DNA of 64,000 bases from assembly GCA_037189525.1 (NCBI GenBank), contig JBBCJC010000005.1:544001-608000 (forward strand), written 5' to 3'. The notes beneath the pieces were generated by a model that saw only the letters and a program-made list of their open reading frames with translations, was not told the DNA's origin and made no database searches. This stretch comes from Gemmatimonadales bacterium. Lineage in GTDB: Bacteria; Gemmatimonadota; Gemmatimonadetes; Gemmatimonadales; GWC2-71-9. The position numbers and the translations under genes are program-made. The stretch's first letter is position 1; every line of letters starts with the position of its first letter. Below are positions 1-10,049 of this stretch, piece by piece.

Positions 1-1
1 T

Positions 2-1285
2 CGCGCCAATATCCTCAGCAAAATCGCCGACCGGCTCGAAGCCAATGTCGAGACCTTGGCGTTCATCGAAACGATGGACAACGGGAAACCGATTCGGGAA
101 TCGACGTATGCGGACCTGCCGCTCGCCGTCGACCACTTCCGGTACTTCGCCGGTGTGATTCGTGCGCAGGAAGGGACCTTGAGTGAAGTTGACCAGGACA
201 CGGTCGCATACCACTTCCATGAGCCGCTGGGCGTCGTCGGACAGATCATTCCGTGGAACTTCCCGCTGCTGATGGCCACCTGGAAACTGGCCCCCGCGCT
301 CGCAGCCGGAAATTGCGTCGTCTTGAAACCGGCGGAACAGACACCGGTCTCGATCATGGCCTTCATGGAGCTGATTGCCGACATTCTGCCGAGCGGCGTC
401 GTCAACGTCGTACAGGGCTTCGGCATTGAAGCCGGCAAACCGCTCGCGTCGAGTCCGCGCATTGCCAAGATCGCCTTCACGGGCGAGACCACGACCGGCC
501 GCCTGATCATGCAGTACGCATCCGAGAACCTGATTCCCGTCACACTGGAACTCGGGGGCAAGTCGCCCAACATCTTCTTTGCCGACGTCATGGAGGCCGA
601 CGACGACTTCTTCGACAAAGCGCTCGAAGGATTCGCGATGTTTGCCCTCAACCAGGGCGAGGTCTGTACCTGTCCGTCGCGCGTGCTGGTACAGGAATCG
701 ATCTTCGACCGCTTCATCGAACGCGCCGTCGCACGGACCCGGAAGATCGTCGAAGGCAACCCGCTCGACCCCGCCACGATGATCGGTGCGCAAGCCTCCA
801 ATGACCAGCTCGAGAAGATCCTGAGCTATATCGACATCGGGAAGCAGGAGGGCGCGGAAGTGCTCACCGGCGGAGCCCGCCGGGTACACGACGGTGAGCT
901 CAAGGAGGGTTATTACGTGCAACCGACGATTTTCCGGGGGCACAACAAGATGCGGATCTTCCAGGAAGAGATCTTCGGTCCGGTGGTTGCCGTCACCACG
1001 TTCAAGGATTTCGACGACGCTCTCTCGCTCGCCAATGATACGCTCTACGGCCTGGGCGCCGGTGTCTGGAGCCGCGACGTCAACACCTGCTATCGAATGG
1101 GACGCGGGATCAAGGCCGGACGGGTGTGGACCAACTGCTACCACGCGTACCCGGCCCATGCGGCATTCGGAGGTTACAAGCAGTCGGGTATCGGCCGGGA
1201 GACGCACCGGATGATGCTCAACCACTATCAGAACACCAAGAACTTGCTGGTGAGCTACAGCCCCAAGAAGCTCGGGTTCTTCTGA
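2..1285 (+). CDS. NAD-dependent aldehyde dehydrogenase (AldB/ExaC-like), 5'-truncated by window edge
   Basis: [21 protein letters not shown], catalytic Cys in QGEVCTC, EEIFGPV; frame open back to base 2. Confidence 0.95.
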   Translation, partial: RANILSKIADRLEANVETLAFIETMDNGKPIRESTYADLPLAVDHFRYFAGVIRAQEGTLSEVDQDTVAYHFHEPLGVVGQIIPWNFPLLMATWKLAPALAAGNCVVLKPAEQTPVSIMAFMELIADILPSGVVNVVQGFGIEAGKPLASSPRIAKIAFTGETTTGRLIMQYASENLIPVTLELGGKSPNIFFADVMEADDDFFDKALEGFAMFALNQGEVCTCPSRVLVQESIFDRFIERAVARTRKIVEGNPLDPATMIGAQASNDQLEKILSYIDIGKQEGAEVLTGGARRVHDGELKEGYYVQPTIFRGHNKMRIFQEEIFGPVVAVTTFKDFDDALSLANDTLYGLGAGVWSRDVNTCYRMGRGIKAGRVWTNCYHAYPAHAAFGGYKQSGIGRETHRMMLNHYQNTKNLLVSYSPKKLGFF

Positions 1286-1713
1286 TGCAGGTATCCCGGG
1301 TGGACATTACGCCCGAGGCCCAGGCTGTGCTGCGCCAGCTCGTGGTGCAGCACGGCCCGTTACTCTTCCATCAATCGGGTGGCTGCTGCGACGGGAGCGC
1401 ACCGATGTGCTATCCCCAGGCCGAGTTTCGTGTCGGCCAGCGAGATGTCCACCTGGGTGACGTGGACGGCGTGCCCGTCTACATCGGCGGCCACCAATTC
1501 CCCGCCTGGGAGCATACCCAGCTGGTGATCGACGTAGTGCCCGGACGCGGCAGCGGTTTTTCCGTCGAGGCGCCGTTGGGTGTCCGGTTCCTCACCCGGT
1601 CCCGCGTATTCGATCCCGTCGAGCAGGCCTGGCTCTCCGGCTGCCCTCCGCGGATCGGCCCCGACGAGAACCAGACCGCTTCGCCCGGCGACGTCACCAG
1701 TCCGACCCGCTGA
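1285..1713 (+). CDS. DUF779 family protein
   Basis: FHQSGGCCDGSAPMCY and GRGSGFSVEAPLGVRFLTRSR signature; TGATG coupling to ALDH, its usual neighbour. Confidence 0.9.
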   Translation: MQVSRVDITPEAQAVLRQLVVQHGPLLFHQSGGCCDGSAPMCYPQAEFRVGQRDVHLGDVDGVPVYIGGHQFPAWEHTQLVIDVVPGRGSGFSVEAPLGVRFLTRSRVFDPVEQAWLSGCPPRIGPDENQTASPGDVTSPTR

Positions 1714-1829
1714 TCGGACAGCGCCGTCTCAAATCGTCGTGACAATCCGTTGGCGGCGTTAGTATTGAAGGACCGTTCGTCCGATCGGTCATTGCCACGC
1801 CCAGCTTCGTCCCGAACCCGTACCTGCTC

Positions 1830-3305
1830 ATGAAACGGCTCCTCGTCGTTCTTCTGGTTGTCCTGATCGCCCTTGCCGGCATGATGGTAGTGCGCGCGCT
1901 GCGCATGGCTCCCGCAGCCGCGCTGGCCGAGACGGACGGATTCAGTCCGATCAGCTTCGACACGACCGGGGCGGCTACCCGATTGGCGGGGGCAGTCCGC
2001 TTCCCGACCGTGTCAATGAGTTCCGGCGGGCCGATCGACACCGCCGCCTTTCTCGGCTTGCACGAATACCTCGAGAGCGCATTTCCGCTCGTTGCGCAGC
2101 AGCTGACACGCGAACGGATCGCCGGTTTGAGCCTGATCTATACCTGGCCGGGTACCGATCCATCGCTCGATCCGGTGGTGCTGATGGGGCACGTAGACGT
2201 GGTCCCCGTTCCGGAACCGACGCTCGATCAGTGGGCCCATCCGCCGTTCGACGGCGCAATCGCCGACGGGTTCGTCTGGGGCCGCGGCACGCTGGACGAC
2301 AAAACGACCGTACTGTCGATCCTCGAAGCCGTCGAAGCGCTGCTTCGCGCCGGCTATCGTCCGCCGCGAACCGTGTATCTGATGTTCGGCCACGATGAAG
2401 AGGTCGGGGGACGATTCGGCGCCGGCGTCGCCGTAGACACGCTGGTCAATCGGGGCGTCAAACCGGCCCTGATTCTCGACGAGGGCGGCTTCATGGCGGC
2501 CAATCTGATGCCCGGCATCGAGCGGCGCATCGCGATCGTCGGCGTGGCCGAGAAGGGGTATCTGAGCCTGCGGCTTCGCGCCAAGGCGGCGGGCGGACAT
2601 TCATCGATGCCGCCCGGTCGCACCGCCGTCGGAGCGCTCAGTCGCGCTATCATGCGGCTCGAAACCAATCCGTTCCCTCGAAGTCTCGAAGGTCCAACTC
2701 GTCACATGCTGGAGGCCATGGCGCCCTACATGGCGTTCGGCCAGCGCGTGGTGCTCAGCAACCTGTGGCTGACTGCGCCGCTGGTCAGCCAGACGCTCGC
2801 TGCGAACCCGTTGAGTGCGGCGCTGCAGCGCACCACGACGGCCCCGACGATGCTCCAGGCCGGCATCAAGGACAACGTACTGCCGCCCGAAGCAACCGCG
2901 GTGGTCAACTTCAGGATCCGGCCCGGTGAAACGTCCGCATCAGTGACGGCGCGCGTGGCCGAAATCATTGCGGACTCACAAATCGTGATCGAACCGGTCG
3001 ATCCCGGGGTCGATCCCTCGCCCGTTTCCGATGTGAAGTCCGCTGCGTATGAACTGGTGCGTGAAACGATCCGGCGGATGATTCCCGGCGAGGATACTCC
3101 GGTGATTCCCTACCTGGTGATGGGCGGCACGGACGCCAAGTACTGGGCCCGGCACAGTGACAAGACATTCCGTTTTCTTCCGATTCCGCTCGGCGATGGC
3201 GACCGGGAACGGATCCATGGCGTCAATGAGCGTGTGTCGCTCGGTGATTACGCCATGTCGGTCGGATTCTTCGGCCGATTGCTGCAGTCGCTCGATCGAC
3301 TGTAG
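1830..3305 (+). CDS. M20 family peptidase (Gly-Xaa carboxypeptidase/PM20D1-like), N-terminal anchor
   Basis: GHVDVVP, GRGTLDDK, HDEEVGG, GGTDAK, IHGVNE motifs. Confidence 0.9.
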   Translation: MKRLLVVLLVVLIALAGMMVVRALRMAPAAALAETDGFSPISFDTTGAATRLAGAVRFPTVSMSSGGPIDTAAFLGLHEYLESAFPLVAQQLTRERIAGLSLIYTWPGTDPSLDPVVLMGHVDVVPVPEPTLDQWAHPPFDGAIADGFVWGRGTLDDKTTVLSILEAVEALLRAGYRPPRTVYLMFGHDEEVGGRFGAGVAVDTLVNRGVKPALILDEGGFMAANLMPGIERRIAIVGVAEKGYLSLRLRAKAAGGHSSMPPGRTAVGALSRAIMRLETNPFPRSLEGPTRHMLEAMAPYMAFGQRVVLSNLWLTAPLVSQTLAANPLSAALQRTTTAPTMLQAGIKDNVLPPEATAVVNFRIRPGETSASVTARVAEIIADSQIVIEPVDPGVDPSPVSDVKSAAYELVRETIRRMIPGEDTPVIPYLVMGGTDAKYWARHSDKTFRFLPIPLGDGDRERIHGVNERVSLGDYAMSVGFFGRLLQSLDRL

Positions 3306-3336
3306 CCGATCCGTCCCGGCGCCACGCCACGAGGCG

Positions 3337-3567
3337 CTATTCGATGCGCACCGAAATCGGGTCGCTGGTGGGCATCGTTTCCTGCAACGCCTCGTCGAGC
3401 CGGGCTTCTTCGTTCCGGCCCGGCCGGCCAAGCGGCGTATCCGCCGGCTGCGCGGTGATCTGCGACGGCGTGGTCGGCCCAGGTTCGCCGCACTCGGGCT
3501 GCCCCGAAAACCAGCGGCGGATTCGGGCGACCAACGACTGAAACACGCCTGAAGTACGATCAGTCAT
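3337..3567 (-). CDS. Small hypothetical protein (76 aa) with DEALxETxPxSDP motif
   Basis: ATG preceded by GGAGGA RBS; C-terminal LDEALQETMPTSDP resembles a recurrent small-protein motif. Confidence 0.6.
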   Translation of the reverse strand: MTDRTSGVFQSLVARIRRWFSGQPECGEPGPTTPSQITAQPADTPLGRPGRNEEARLDEALQETMPTSDPISVRIE

Positions 3568-3761
3568 CGCAACGTCCTCCTTCTCGACGATGGTAGTGGG
3601 AGGCCCTCGAACGCGCCCGCCCTTAAAACTCGGACGACCGACATCACACGGCCGCACACACGCCGCGATATGAGTCCTGCACGAAACGATCGGTTTCCGA
3701 GCCTCGGACCAATCAGGTATCATTCCTCCCCTACTCTCGTGCCCGTACCGGAGGCCGCGCG

Positions 3762-4592
3762 TTGACGATCGAGATCCGCCCCGCTGCAACCATTCTGCTG
3801 CTCCGTGATGCATCCGCCGGCCCCGAAGTCTTCATGGTCCGCCGCAATCGGAACTCGGCATTCGTCGGCGGCGCCTACGTCTTTCCCGGCGGCCGGGTCG
3901 ATCCAACGGACACCATCGATCCGCGTCGCTGCGTCGGACTCGACCCCGACACTGCCGATCAGCGGCTCGGCCTGTCCGGACAGGGCCTGTCGTTTCATGT
4001 CGCGGCCGTGCGCGAGTGCTTCGAGGAAGCCGGCGTCCTGCTCGCCTATGACCGTCATGGGACCTTGCTCGACTTCGGTACGCCGGACGCCGATGCGCAC
4101 TACCGGTCGCTGCGCGATCGCCTGAATGCCGGCACCCTTTCGTTCGCCGAGTTGATCGAGCAGGAAGATCTGTTCTTGGCCCTGGATCGTTTGGCCTATC
4201 TCTCCCATTGGATCACGCCCATGGGCGAACCTCGACGCTTCGACACCCGTTTCTTCGTTGCCGAAGCGCCCGCCCATCAGGTCGCGGCCCACGACGACTG
4301 GGAGCTGACGGAATCGGACTGGGTCGCGCCGAGCGAGGCGATCGAGCGGGCCCGGAAGCGGGAGTGGCAGGTCATTCTGCCCACGGTCGCCAATCTTCAG
4401 TCGGTCGCTGCGCATCGGTCGGCCGCGGATGCCGTCCGTTGGGCCCGCAATCAGGCATTGCCCTTGACCGCCTTTCTGCCCAAGGTCTATCAGGGGCGGC
4501 TGGTGCTCCCCGGCGACGACGACTACGATCTGGGCGAACCGGACATCTCCCTGCTCGATCGCGAAGGACGGGAACGCGCGTTCCTGCCATGA
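3762..4592 (+). CDS. NUDIX hydrolase (NUDT19-like, split Nudix box)
   Basis: VFPGGRVD...AAVRECFEEAGV, HWITP, RRFDTRFF; TTG start after GGAGG. Confidence 0.9.
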   Translation: MTIEIRPAATILLLRDASAGPEVFMVRRNRNSAFVGGAYVFPGGRVDPTDTIDPRRCVGLDPDTADQRLGLSGQGLSFHVAAVRECFEEAGVLLAYDRHGTLLDFGTPDADAHYRSLRDRLNAGTLSFAELIEQEDLFLALDRLAYLSHWITPMGEPRRFDTRFFVAEAPAHQVAAHDDWELTESDWVAPSEAIERARKREWQVILPTVANLQSVAAHRSAADAVRWARNQALPLTAFLPKVYQGRLVLPGDDDYDLGEPDISLLDREGRERAFLP

Positions 4593-5443
4593 CGCCACCA
4601 ATCCGCTACGACGAGGTCGTCGCCCTCTCGCCGTCGATCCGCCGCATCACCCAGCAGAATCCCGGACCGTTTACCGGCCAGGGCACCAATACGCACCTGA
4701 TCGGGACCACGCAGCTGGCCATTCTCGATCCGGGCGAAATCCGAGACGACGGCCACGCCGAACGGATCATCGACGCCGTGGGCAGCGCATCGGTCACGGC
4801 GGTGATTCCGAGCCATGGCCATCCAGACCATTGGCCGCTCGTTCCGCATCTTGCCGAGCGGCTGGGCGCTCCGGTCATGTTCTTCGGAACCCACCCCGAG
4901 TTCCGGGTCGACCGATCCCTCGCGGATCGCGACACGCTCCCGGTGGGTGACGCCCTGCTCCACGTCCTGCACACCCCGGGACACACCGCCGACCACCTCT
5001 CGTTCCACTACCCGGCCGAGCAGGCCCTCTTCCCGGGCGACACGGTCATGGCGTGGTCGAGCACCATCATCATGCCCCCCGAAGGCAATCTGCCGGACTA
5101 CCTCGCCTCGCTGGAGCGGATGCTCGAGCTGCCCAATCTTGCGGCACTCTACCCCGCGCATGGGGAAGCGATCGTCGATCCGTACGGTCGGATCAGGGCG
5201 TTGCGAGACCACCGGATGATGCGGACGCGCCAGGCGCTCGACGCGCTGGCGCAGCAACCGGACACCCTGGACGGGCTGGTTCACCGGATTTATACCGATA
5301 TCGACCCCGCGCTCCATCCGGCAGCTGCGCAATCGCTGCTGGCCCATCTGCTGGCGCTGGAGTCGTCGGGCGAGGTGGCGCGAGAGGAAACGACTGCGCC
5401 GCCATCCCGAACCGAGCGATGGCGGCGCCTCAGGACAAACTGA
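4589..5443 (+). CDS. MBL-fold metallo-hydrolase (LACTB2-like, C-terminal winged helix)
   Basis: NPGPFTGQGTNT, SHGHPDH, TPGHTADH, PAHG; ATGA overlap with NUDIX. Confidence 0.9.
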   Translation: MTPPIRYDEVVALSPSIRRITQQNPGPFTGQGTNTHLIGTTQLAILDPGEIRDDGHAERIIDAVGSASVTAVIPSHGHPDHWPLVPHLAERLGAPVMFFGTHPEFRVDRSLADRDTLPVGDALLHVLHTPGHTADHLSFHYPAEQALFPGDTVMAWSSTIIMPPEGNLPDYLASLERMLELPNLAALYPAHGEAIVDPYGRIRALRDHRMMRTRQALDALAQQPDTLDGLVHRIYTDIDPALHPAAAQSLLAHLLALESSGEVAREETTAPPSRTERWRRLRTN

Positions 5444-5448
5444 CCGAG

Positions 5449-6963
5449 CTACTTCCGCTTGAAGGTGATGTCCGAAACGTTAGGCTCGAGCGGAACCGCG
5501 ACCTGATCGATCTCGCCCTTGCCGTTGGTCAGGAACCGCAGCCGACCGCCGAACGGCACCACGTTGCCCGGATCATTGATCTCCCAGACATCGTAATGGA
5601 AGTGCTCCAGCGCCACGCGATGCGGATCGAGCGTCGCCGAGAGCTTGCCGCCGTCGACGGTCACCACCAGCGTGCCGTAACCGGGATGCTCGAAGCTTCC
5701 GGCATACGCGTTGATCGGATGGCTGGGCGAGGTGCCAGTCTTCCGCTCGGCCTTGCGTTCAGCCTCTCGCTTGGCCGCCCGGGCACGATCTTCGGCCTGC
5801 GCCGTGCGAACCCGCGCGGCCCAGTCCACCGTCGGCGCACCGAGCAAGCGATCATATAAGGTGCGCATCACCATCACCGGCACCGGATTGTCCCCGGAGA
5901 AGTTGGTCAGCACCATGATGCCGACCTTGCGATCCGGCAGCCAGGACATCGACGAGATGAAGCCGTCGATGCCCCCGCCGTGAACCAGAAGCTTGTGGCC
6001 GCGATAGGTCGACACCCCCACGCCGAGTCCGTAGTTGCCCAGGCCAAGTTCGGGATAGTCGAACCCGCCACCCGAGACCATGTGCGGGCTCTGCATCAAC
6101 CGCTCCTGGGCCTCGGAGACCAGGCGTTTCCCCCCCACCGTGCCCTGGTCGATCCGGAACTGGATGTACTTGAGCATGTCTTCCACGCTCGCATTGATCG
6201 ACCCCGCAGGCCCCACCGCATCGATGTTCCGGACCGGGACCCGGACCACCGAGTCGTTCCGCATCAGGTAGGGTTGGGCAAAGTCGCCGGCGCGCGGCAG
6301 ATCATTGGCCGACGGACTGGCGCGGGTCATGCCGAGCGGGGTGAAGATCCGTTCCTGGAGCTGCTGTTCCCAGGTCTTGCCGCTCAGCCGCTCGGTCAGC
6401 ACTCCCGCCGCCATGAACATCAGGTTCTGATACTGGTAGCGCGACCGGATCGATGCGCTAGGCTCGATGTAGTGAAGCCGCTGATAGAGTTGCTCCCGGG
6501 TAAACGGCCGCCCGTACCAGAGGTTGTCATGCCGCGGCAGCCCGGAGCGGTGGGTGACCAGATCCTTGGGCGTCAACTCCTGGGTGGCAATCTCGTCATA
6601 GAGGCGAAAGTCGGGGAGATAGGTTCGAACCGGCGTATCCCAGTCGAGCTTCTTCTCGTCCGCGAGCATGGCCATCAGCACCGCGGTGAAGGACTTGGAA
6701 TTGGAACCGATGGCCATCACGGTCTGCGGCGTGACGGGCAGCTTTGCCTCGACATCGCGGAGCCCGTACCCCTTCATGAACACGACCTTGCCATCCTGTA
6801 CCGCCCCCACCGCGAGGCCCGGGATCTTCCACTCGGCCATGACGGAGGTAACCCACTGATCGAACCCGGTAAGGTTGGGCGCCGACGACCGTTGCGCCGA
6901 GAGCGGCGCAATCAGGACGAAGAACGACGCCAGGAGGAACGTGACCCGGGAGAGGCGACGCAT
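5449..6963 (-). CDS. Exported serine hydrolase (beta-lactamase/AmpC-like) with C-terminal DUF3471-like domain
   Basis: Signal peptide; SNSK (SxxK), YQN, HGG motifs. Confidence 0.88.
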   Translation of the reverse strand: MRRLSRVTFLLASFFVLIAPLSAQRSSAPNLTGFDQWVTSVMAEWKIPGLAVGAVQDGKVVFMKGYGLRDVEAKLPVTPQTVMAIGSNSKSFTAVLMAMLADEKKLDWDTPVRTYLPDFRLYDEIATQELTPKDLVTHRSGLPRHDNLWYGRPFTREQLYQRLHYIEPSASIRSRYQYQNLMFMAAGVLTERLSGKTWEQQLQERIFTPLGMTRASPSANDLPRAGDFAQPYLMRNDSVVRVPVRNIDAVGPAGSINASVEDMLKYIQFRIDQGTVGGKRLVSEAQERLMQSPHMVSGGGFDYPELGLGNYGLGVGVSTYRGHKLLVHGGGIDGFISSMSWLPDRKVGIMVLTNFSGDNPVPVMVMRTLYDRLLGAPTVDWAARVRTAQAEDRARAAKREAERKAERKTGTSPSHPINAYAGSFEHPGYGTLVVTVDGGKLSATLDPHRVALEHFHYDVWEINDPGNVVPFGGRLRFLTNGKGEIDQVAVPLEPNVSDITFKRK

Positions 6964-7069
6964 CGAAACCTCGTGACTTGATGGAGGGAGGATTTGTATA
7001 CAATTCAAACATAGCGCCCGACTTCAACCGACGGAAGCGTTTCCCGATGAACGGCGATAGGTTACCCGC

Positions 7070-7948
7070 ATGATCGTCCATCTGATCGACGGAACCTTCG
7101 AGCTGTTCCGGCATTTCTACGCCGTCCCCTCCGCCTCCGACCGCGCGGGGCGCGAGGTCGGCGCCACGATCGGCGTCCTCAACTCGATGCTCCGCCTCCT
7201 CGAAAGCGGCGCGACGCACATCGGTGTCGCCACCGACCACGTGATCGAGTCGTTCCGCAACGACCTCTGGTCGGAGTATAAAACCGGCGACGGCATCGAC
7301 CCCGCGCTGTTTGCCCAGTTCCATCCGCTCGAGGCCGCGCTCCGCTCGATGGGCGTGGTAGTCTGGCCGATGATCGAACTCGAAGCCGACGACGGACTCG
7401 CATCGGCCGCGCGCCTCGCCGCCGCCGACCCGCGGGTCGAGCGCGTTATGATCTGCACCCCGGACAAAGACCTGAGCCAATCCGTCAGCGGCGACCGGAT
7501 CGTGCAGTTCGATCGGATGCGTCGCCAGGTGCGCAATGAGGAGGGCGTCCTTGCCAAGTTCGGGGTGCCACCCGCCTCGATTCCCGATTGGCTCGCGCTG
7601 GTGGGCGACACGGCCGACGGGTACCCCGGCCTGACCGGATGGGGAGAGAAGAGCGCCGCCACCGTCCTGGCGTACTACCGGCACATCGAAGCCATCCCGT
7701 CGGACCCGACGACCTGGGCCGTCACCGTTCGCGGCGCGACCCGGCTTGCCGCCACCTTGGCCGCTGAGCGGGAAACGGCTCTGCTCTTCCGTCGGCTCGC
7801 CACCCTTCGCGCCGACGCCGAGTTGTTTCGCGATGTCGAAGCGCTGCGATGGACCGGGGCAACGTCGGACTTCGAGGCTCTGGCCACCCAACTCGATGCA
7901 CCGGGGTTGGCCGTCTGGGCCGGACGGATCGCGGCAGCCCGCAGGTAA
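7070..7948 (+). CDS. Stand-alone 5'-3' exonuclease / flap endonuclease
   Basis: LIDG, EADD, PDKDL, H3TH motif LVGDTADGYPGLTGWGEKSA. Confidence 0.9.
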   Translation: MIVHLIDGTFELFRHFYAVPSASDRAGREVGATIGVLNSMLRLLESGATHIGVATDHVIESFRNDLWSEYKTGDGIDPALFAQFHPLEAALRSMGVVVWPMIELEADDGLASAARLAAADPRVERVMICTPDKDLSQSVSGDRIVQFDRMRRQVRNEEGVLAKFGVPPASIPDWLALVGDTADGYPGLTGWGEKSAATVLAYYRHIEAIPSDPTTWAVTVRGATRLAATLAAERETALLFRRLATLRADAELFRDVEALRWTGATSDFEALATQLDAPGLAVWAGRIAAARR

Positions 7949-8023
7949 GCCGCATCCGGCCTCGCGGCCCGTCACCGCCGTCCGTACTTTTCCCGGCAAT
8001 CATTCTTCATCACACGGCGTCTC

Positions 8024-10033
8024 ATGCTTGCGCTCCGCCTGTTCCTGCTGCTGCTCCTCTCCCTCACGGCATCGGTTCGTGCCGAAGTCGTCAAAGTCGA
8101 AATCACCCGCCGCGCCGACGTGGCGGGAGGGCGATCGTTCGGAAGCGCGGGCGCCTATGAGCTGATCGAAGGGCGTATCCTCTTCGCCTTCGACCCGGCC
8201 AACCGCTACAACGCGCGGATCGTCGACTTGGACAAGGCCCCGACGCAAAACGGTCGCGTCGAAGCCTGGGCCGATTTCGCCGCGCTCCGCCCCAAGACTC
8301 CGGTGCCGAATGGTGTCGCGCTTTTCGAGGTCTCCAACCGCGGTCTCAAGTACCTGCTGCAGGTGCTCGACTTCGGCACCATGGCGCCGCATCCTACCGA
8401 CGCCGCCGATCTGGGAGACGGGTTGCTGCTTCGGCAGGGGCTGACGGTGGTCTGGGTGGGCTGGCAGCACGATGTCCCGGTCGACGATCCCGACCGACTT
8501 GGCATCGAAGTCCCCATTGCGCGTAATCCCGATGGCTCGCCGATTACCGGCGTCCTCCGCGCCGATTGGGTCGTGGGACGGACCGTCAACTCGCTCGCGC
8601 TGGCCCACGGCAATCACCTGGCCTATCCCGCGATCGACCCGGATTCGGACCAGCACGTCCTGACCGTGCGCGATGGACGTTATGCGCCGCGACAGGTGGT
8701 GCCCCGATCGGAATGGCGCTTTGCTCGGGAGGTGAACGGTACCGCGGTTGCCGATCCGCGCTGGATTTATCGGGCACGAGGATTCGAGGCAGGACGGATC
8801 TACGAACTGGTGTATCGCAGTCAGGACCCGAAGGTGGCCGGCCTGGGTCTCGCGGCCATCCGTGACGCGATGAGCAACGCCAAATACGATGCGTCGAGCC
8901 CGTTTCCGGCGCGCCATGCCGTCGCATTCGGGATCTCGCAGACCGGCCGCTTGCTGCGTCACTTCATCTATCAGGGATTCAATACCGACGAACGGGGCCG
9001 GAAAGTCTTCGACGGGATGCTGATCCACGTCGCCGGCGGCGGACGGGGCAGCTTCAATCACCGGTTTGCGCAGCCGTCGCGCGACGGGCATCGGTTCGAC
9101 GCCTTTTTCTTTCCGACCGACCTCTTTCCATTTACGAGCGAGCCGAGCACCGATCCCGAATCCGGGGTGACGGACGGGATCAACTCGCACCTGTTCGATC
9201 GGAGTCACCTGCCCTATGTCTTCCAAACCAACTCGGGGTACGAGTATTGGGGCCGAGCCGCGTCACTGATCCACACCACGGCCGACGGCGCCCGCGACCT
9301 CGCGCCGCCGCCTAACGAACGGATCTACCTCCTCACCTCGGCGCAGCACGTGCCGGGCCCGTTCCCGCCGCCTGCGTCGGCCCGCCACCCGGGATCGCGC
9401 GTCTATCGCAATCAGCCGCTCGACTACCGCCTGCCGCTGCGCGCCTTGCTGATCGGTCTGGTCGATTGGGTGCGCGATGGTAAAGAGCCGCTGCCCAGCG
9501 CCTATCCGACGATCGCGCGCGGCGACCTCGTCTCGATCGACAAGGTGGCGCTCCCAACGGTCCCGGACCTCAGTCGCCCGACCGTCGTGCATCAGCCGGA
9601 TCGGCTCGACTTCGGCCCCCGCTGGAGCCAGGGCATCGTCGATCGTGAACCGCCCGCGCTGTCGAAGCCGTTTCCGGTCCTGGTGCCCCAGGTGGATTCA
9701 CTCGGCAACGAACTCGGCGGGATGCGGTCGGTCGAGTTGGAGGCGCCGCTGGCCAGCTACTTCTCGTGGAACCTGCGTCGCGGCCAGCCGGGCGATACCA
9801 CCGAACTGAGCCGGATCCTGGGCAGCTATCTCGCTCTGCCCCTCGATCCGCAGGCCCGGGCCGCCGCGCGCGATCCTCGGCCCGCCATCACGGCGCTCTA
9901 TCCGAGCCGCGATGCGTACCTGACAAATGTTCGCCGGGTAGCCGACGACCTGGTGACGCGACGGATGTTGCTTCGGGACGATGTCGACCGCGCGGTGCGT
10001 CGCGCGGCCGAGCATTGGGACTGGCTCCACTGA
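8024..10033 (+). CDS. Exported alpha/beta-hydrolase-domain protein
   Basis: Signal peptide; GISQTG nucleophile elbow; VGWQHD, EYWGRAASL blocks. Confidence 0.75.
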   Translation: MLALRLFLLLLLSLTASVRAEVVKVEITRRADVAGGRSFGSAGAYELIEGRILFAFDPANRYNARIVDLDKAPTQNGRVEAWADFAALRPKTPVPNGVALFEVSNRGLKYLLQVLDFGTMAPHPTDAADLGDGLLLRQGLTVVWVGWQHDVPVDDPDRLGIEVPIARNPDGSPITGVLRADWVVGRTVNSLALAHGNHLAYPAIDPDSDQHVLTVRDGRYAPRQVVPRSEWRFAREVNGTAVADPRWIYRARGFEAGRIYELVYRSQDPKVAGLGLAAIRDAMSNAKYDASSPFPARHAVAFGISQTGRLLRHFIYQGFNTDERGRKVFDGMLIHVAGGGRGSFNHRFAQPSRDGHRFDAFFFPTDLFPFTSEPSTDPESGVTDGINSHLFDRSHLPYVFQTNSGYEYWGRAASLIHTTADGARDLAPPPNERIYLLTSAQHVPGPFPPPASARHPGSRVYRNQPLDYRLPLRALLIGLVDWVRDGKEPLPSAYPTIARGDLVSIDKVALPTVPDLSRPTVVHQPDRLDFGPRWSQGIVDREPPALSKPFPVLVPQVDSLGNELGGMRSVELEAPLASYFSWNLRRGQPGDTTELSRILGSYLALPLDPQARAAARDPRPAITALYPSRDAYLTNVRRVADDLVTRRMLLRDDVDRAVRRAAEHWDWLH

Positions 10034-10049
10034 TCGTGGAGCCGGCAGG

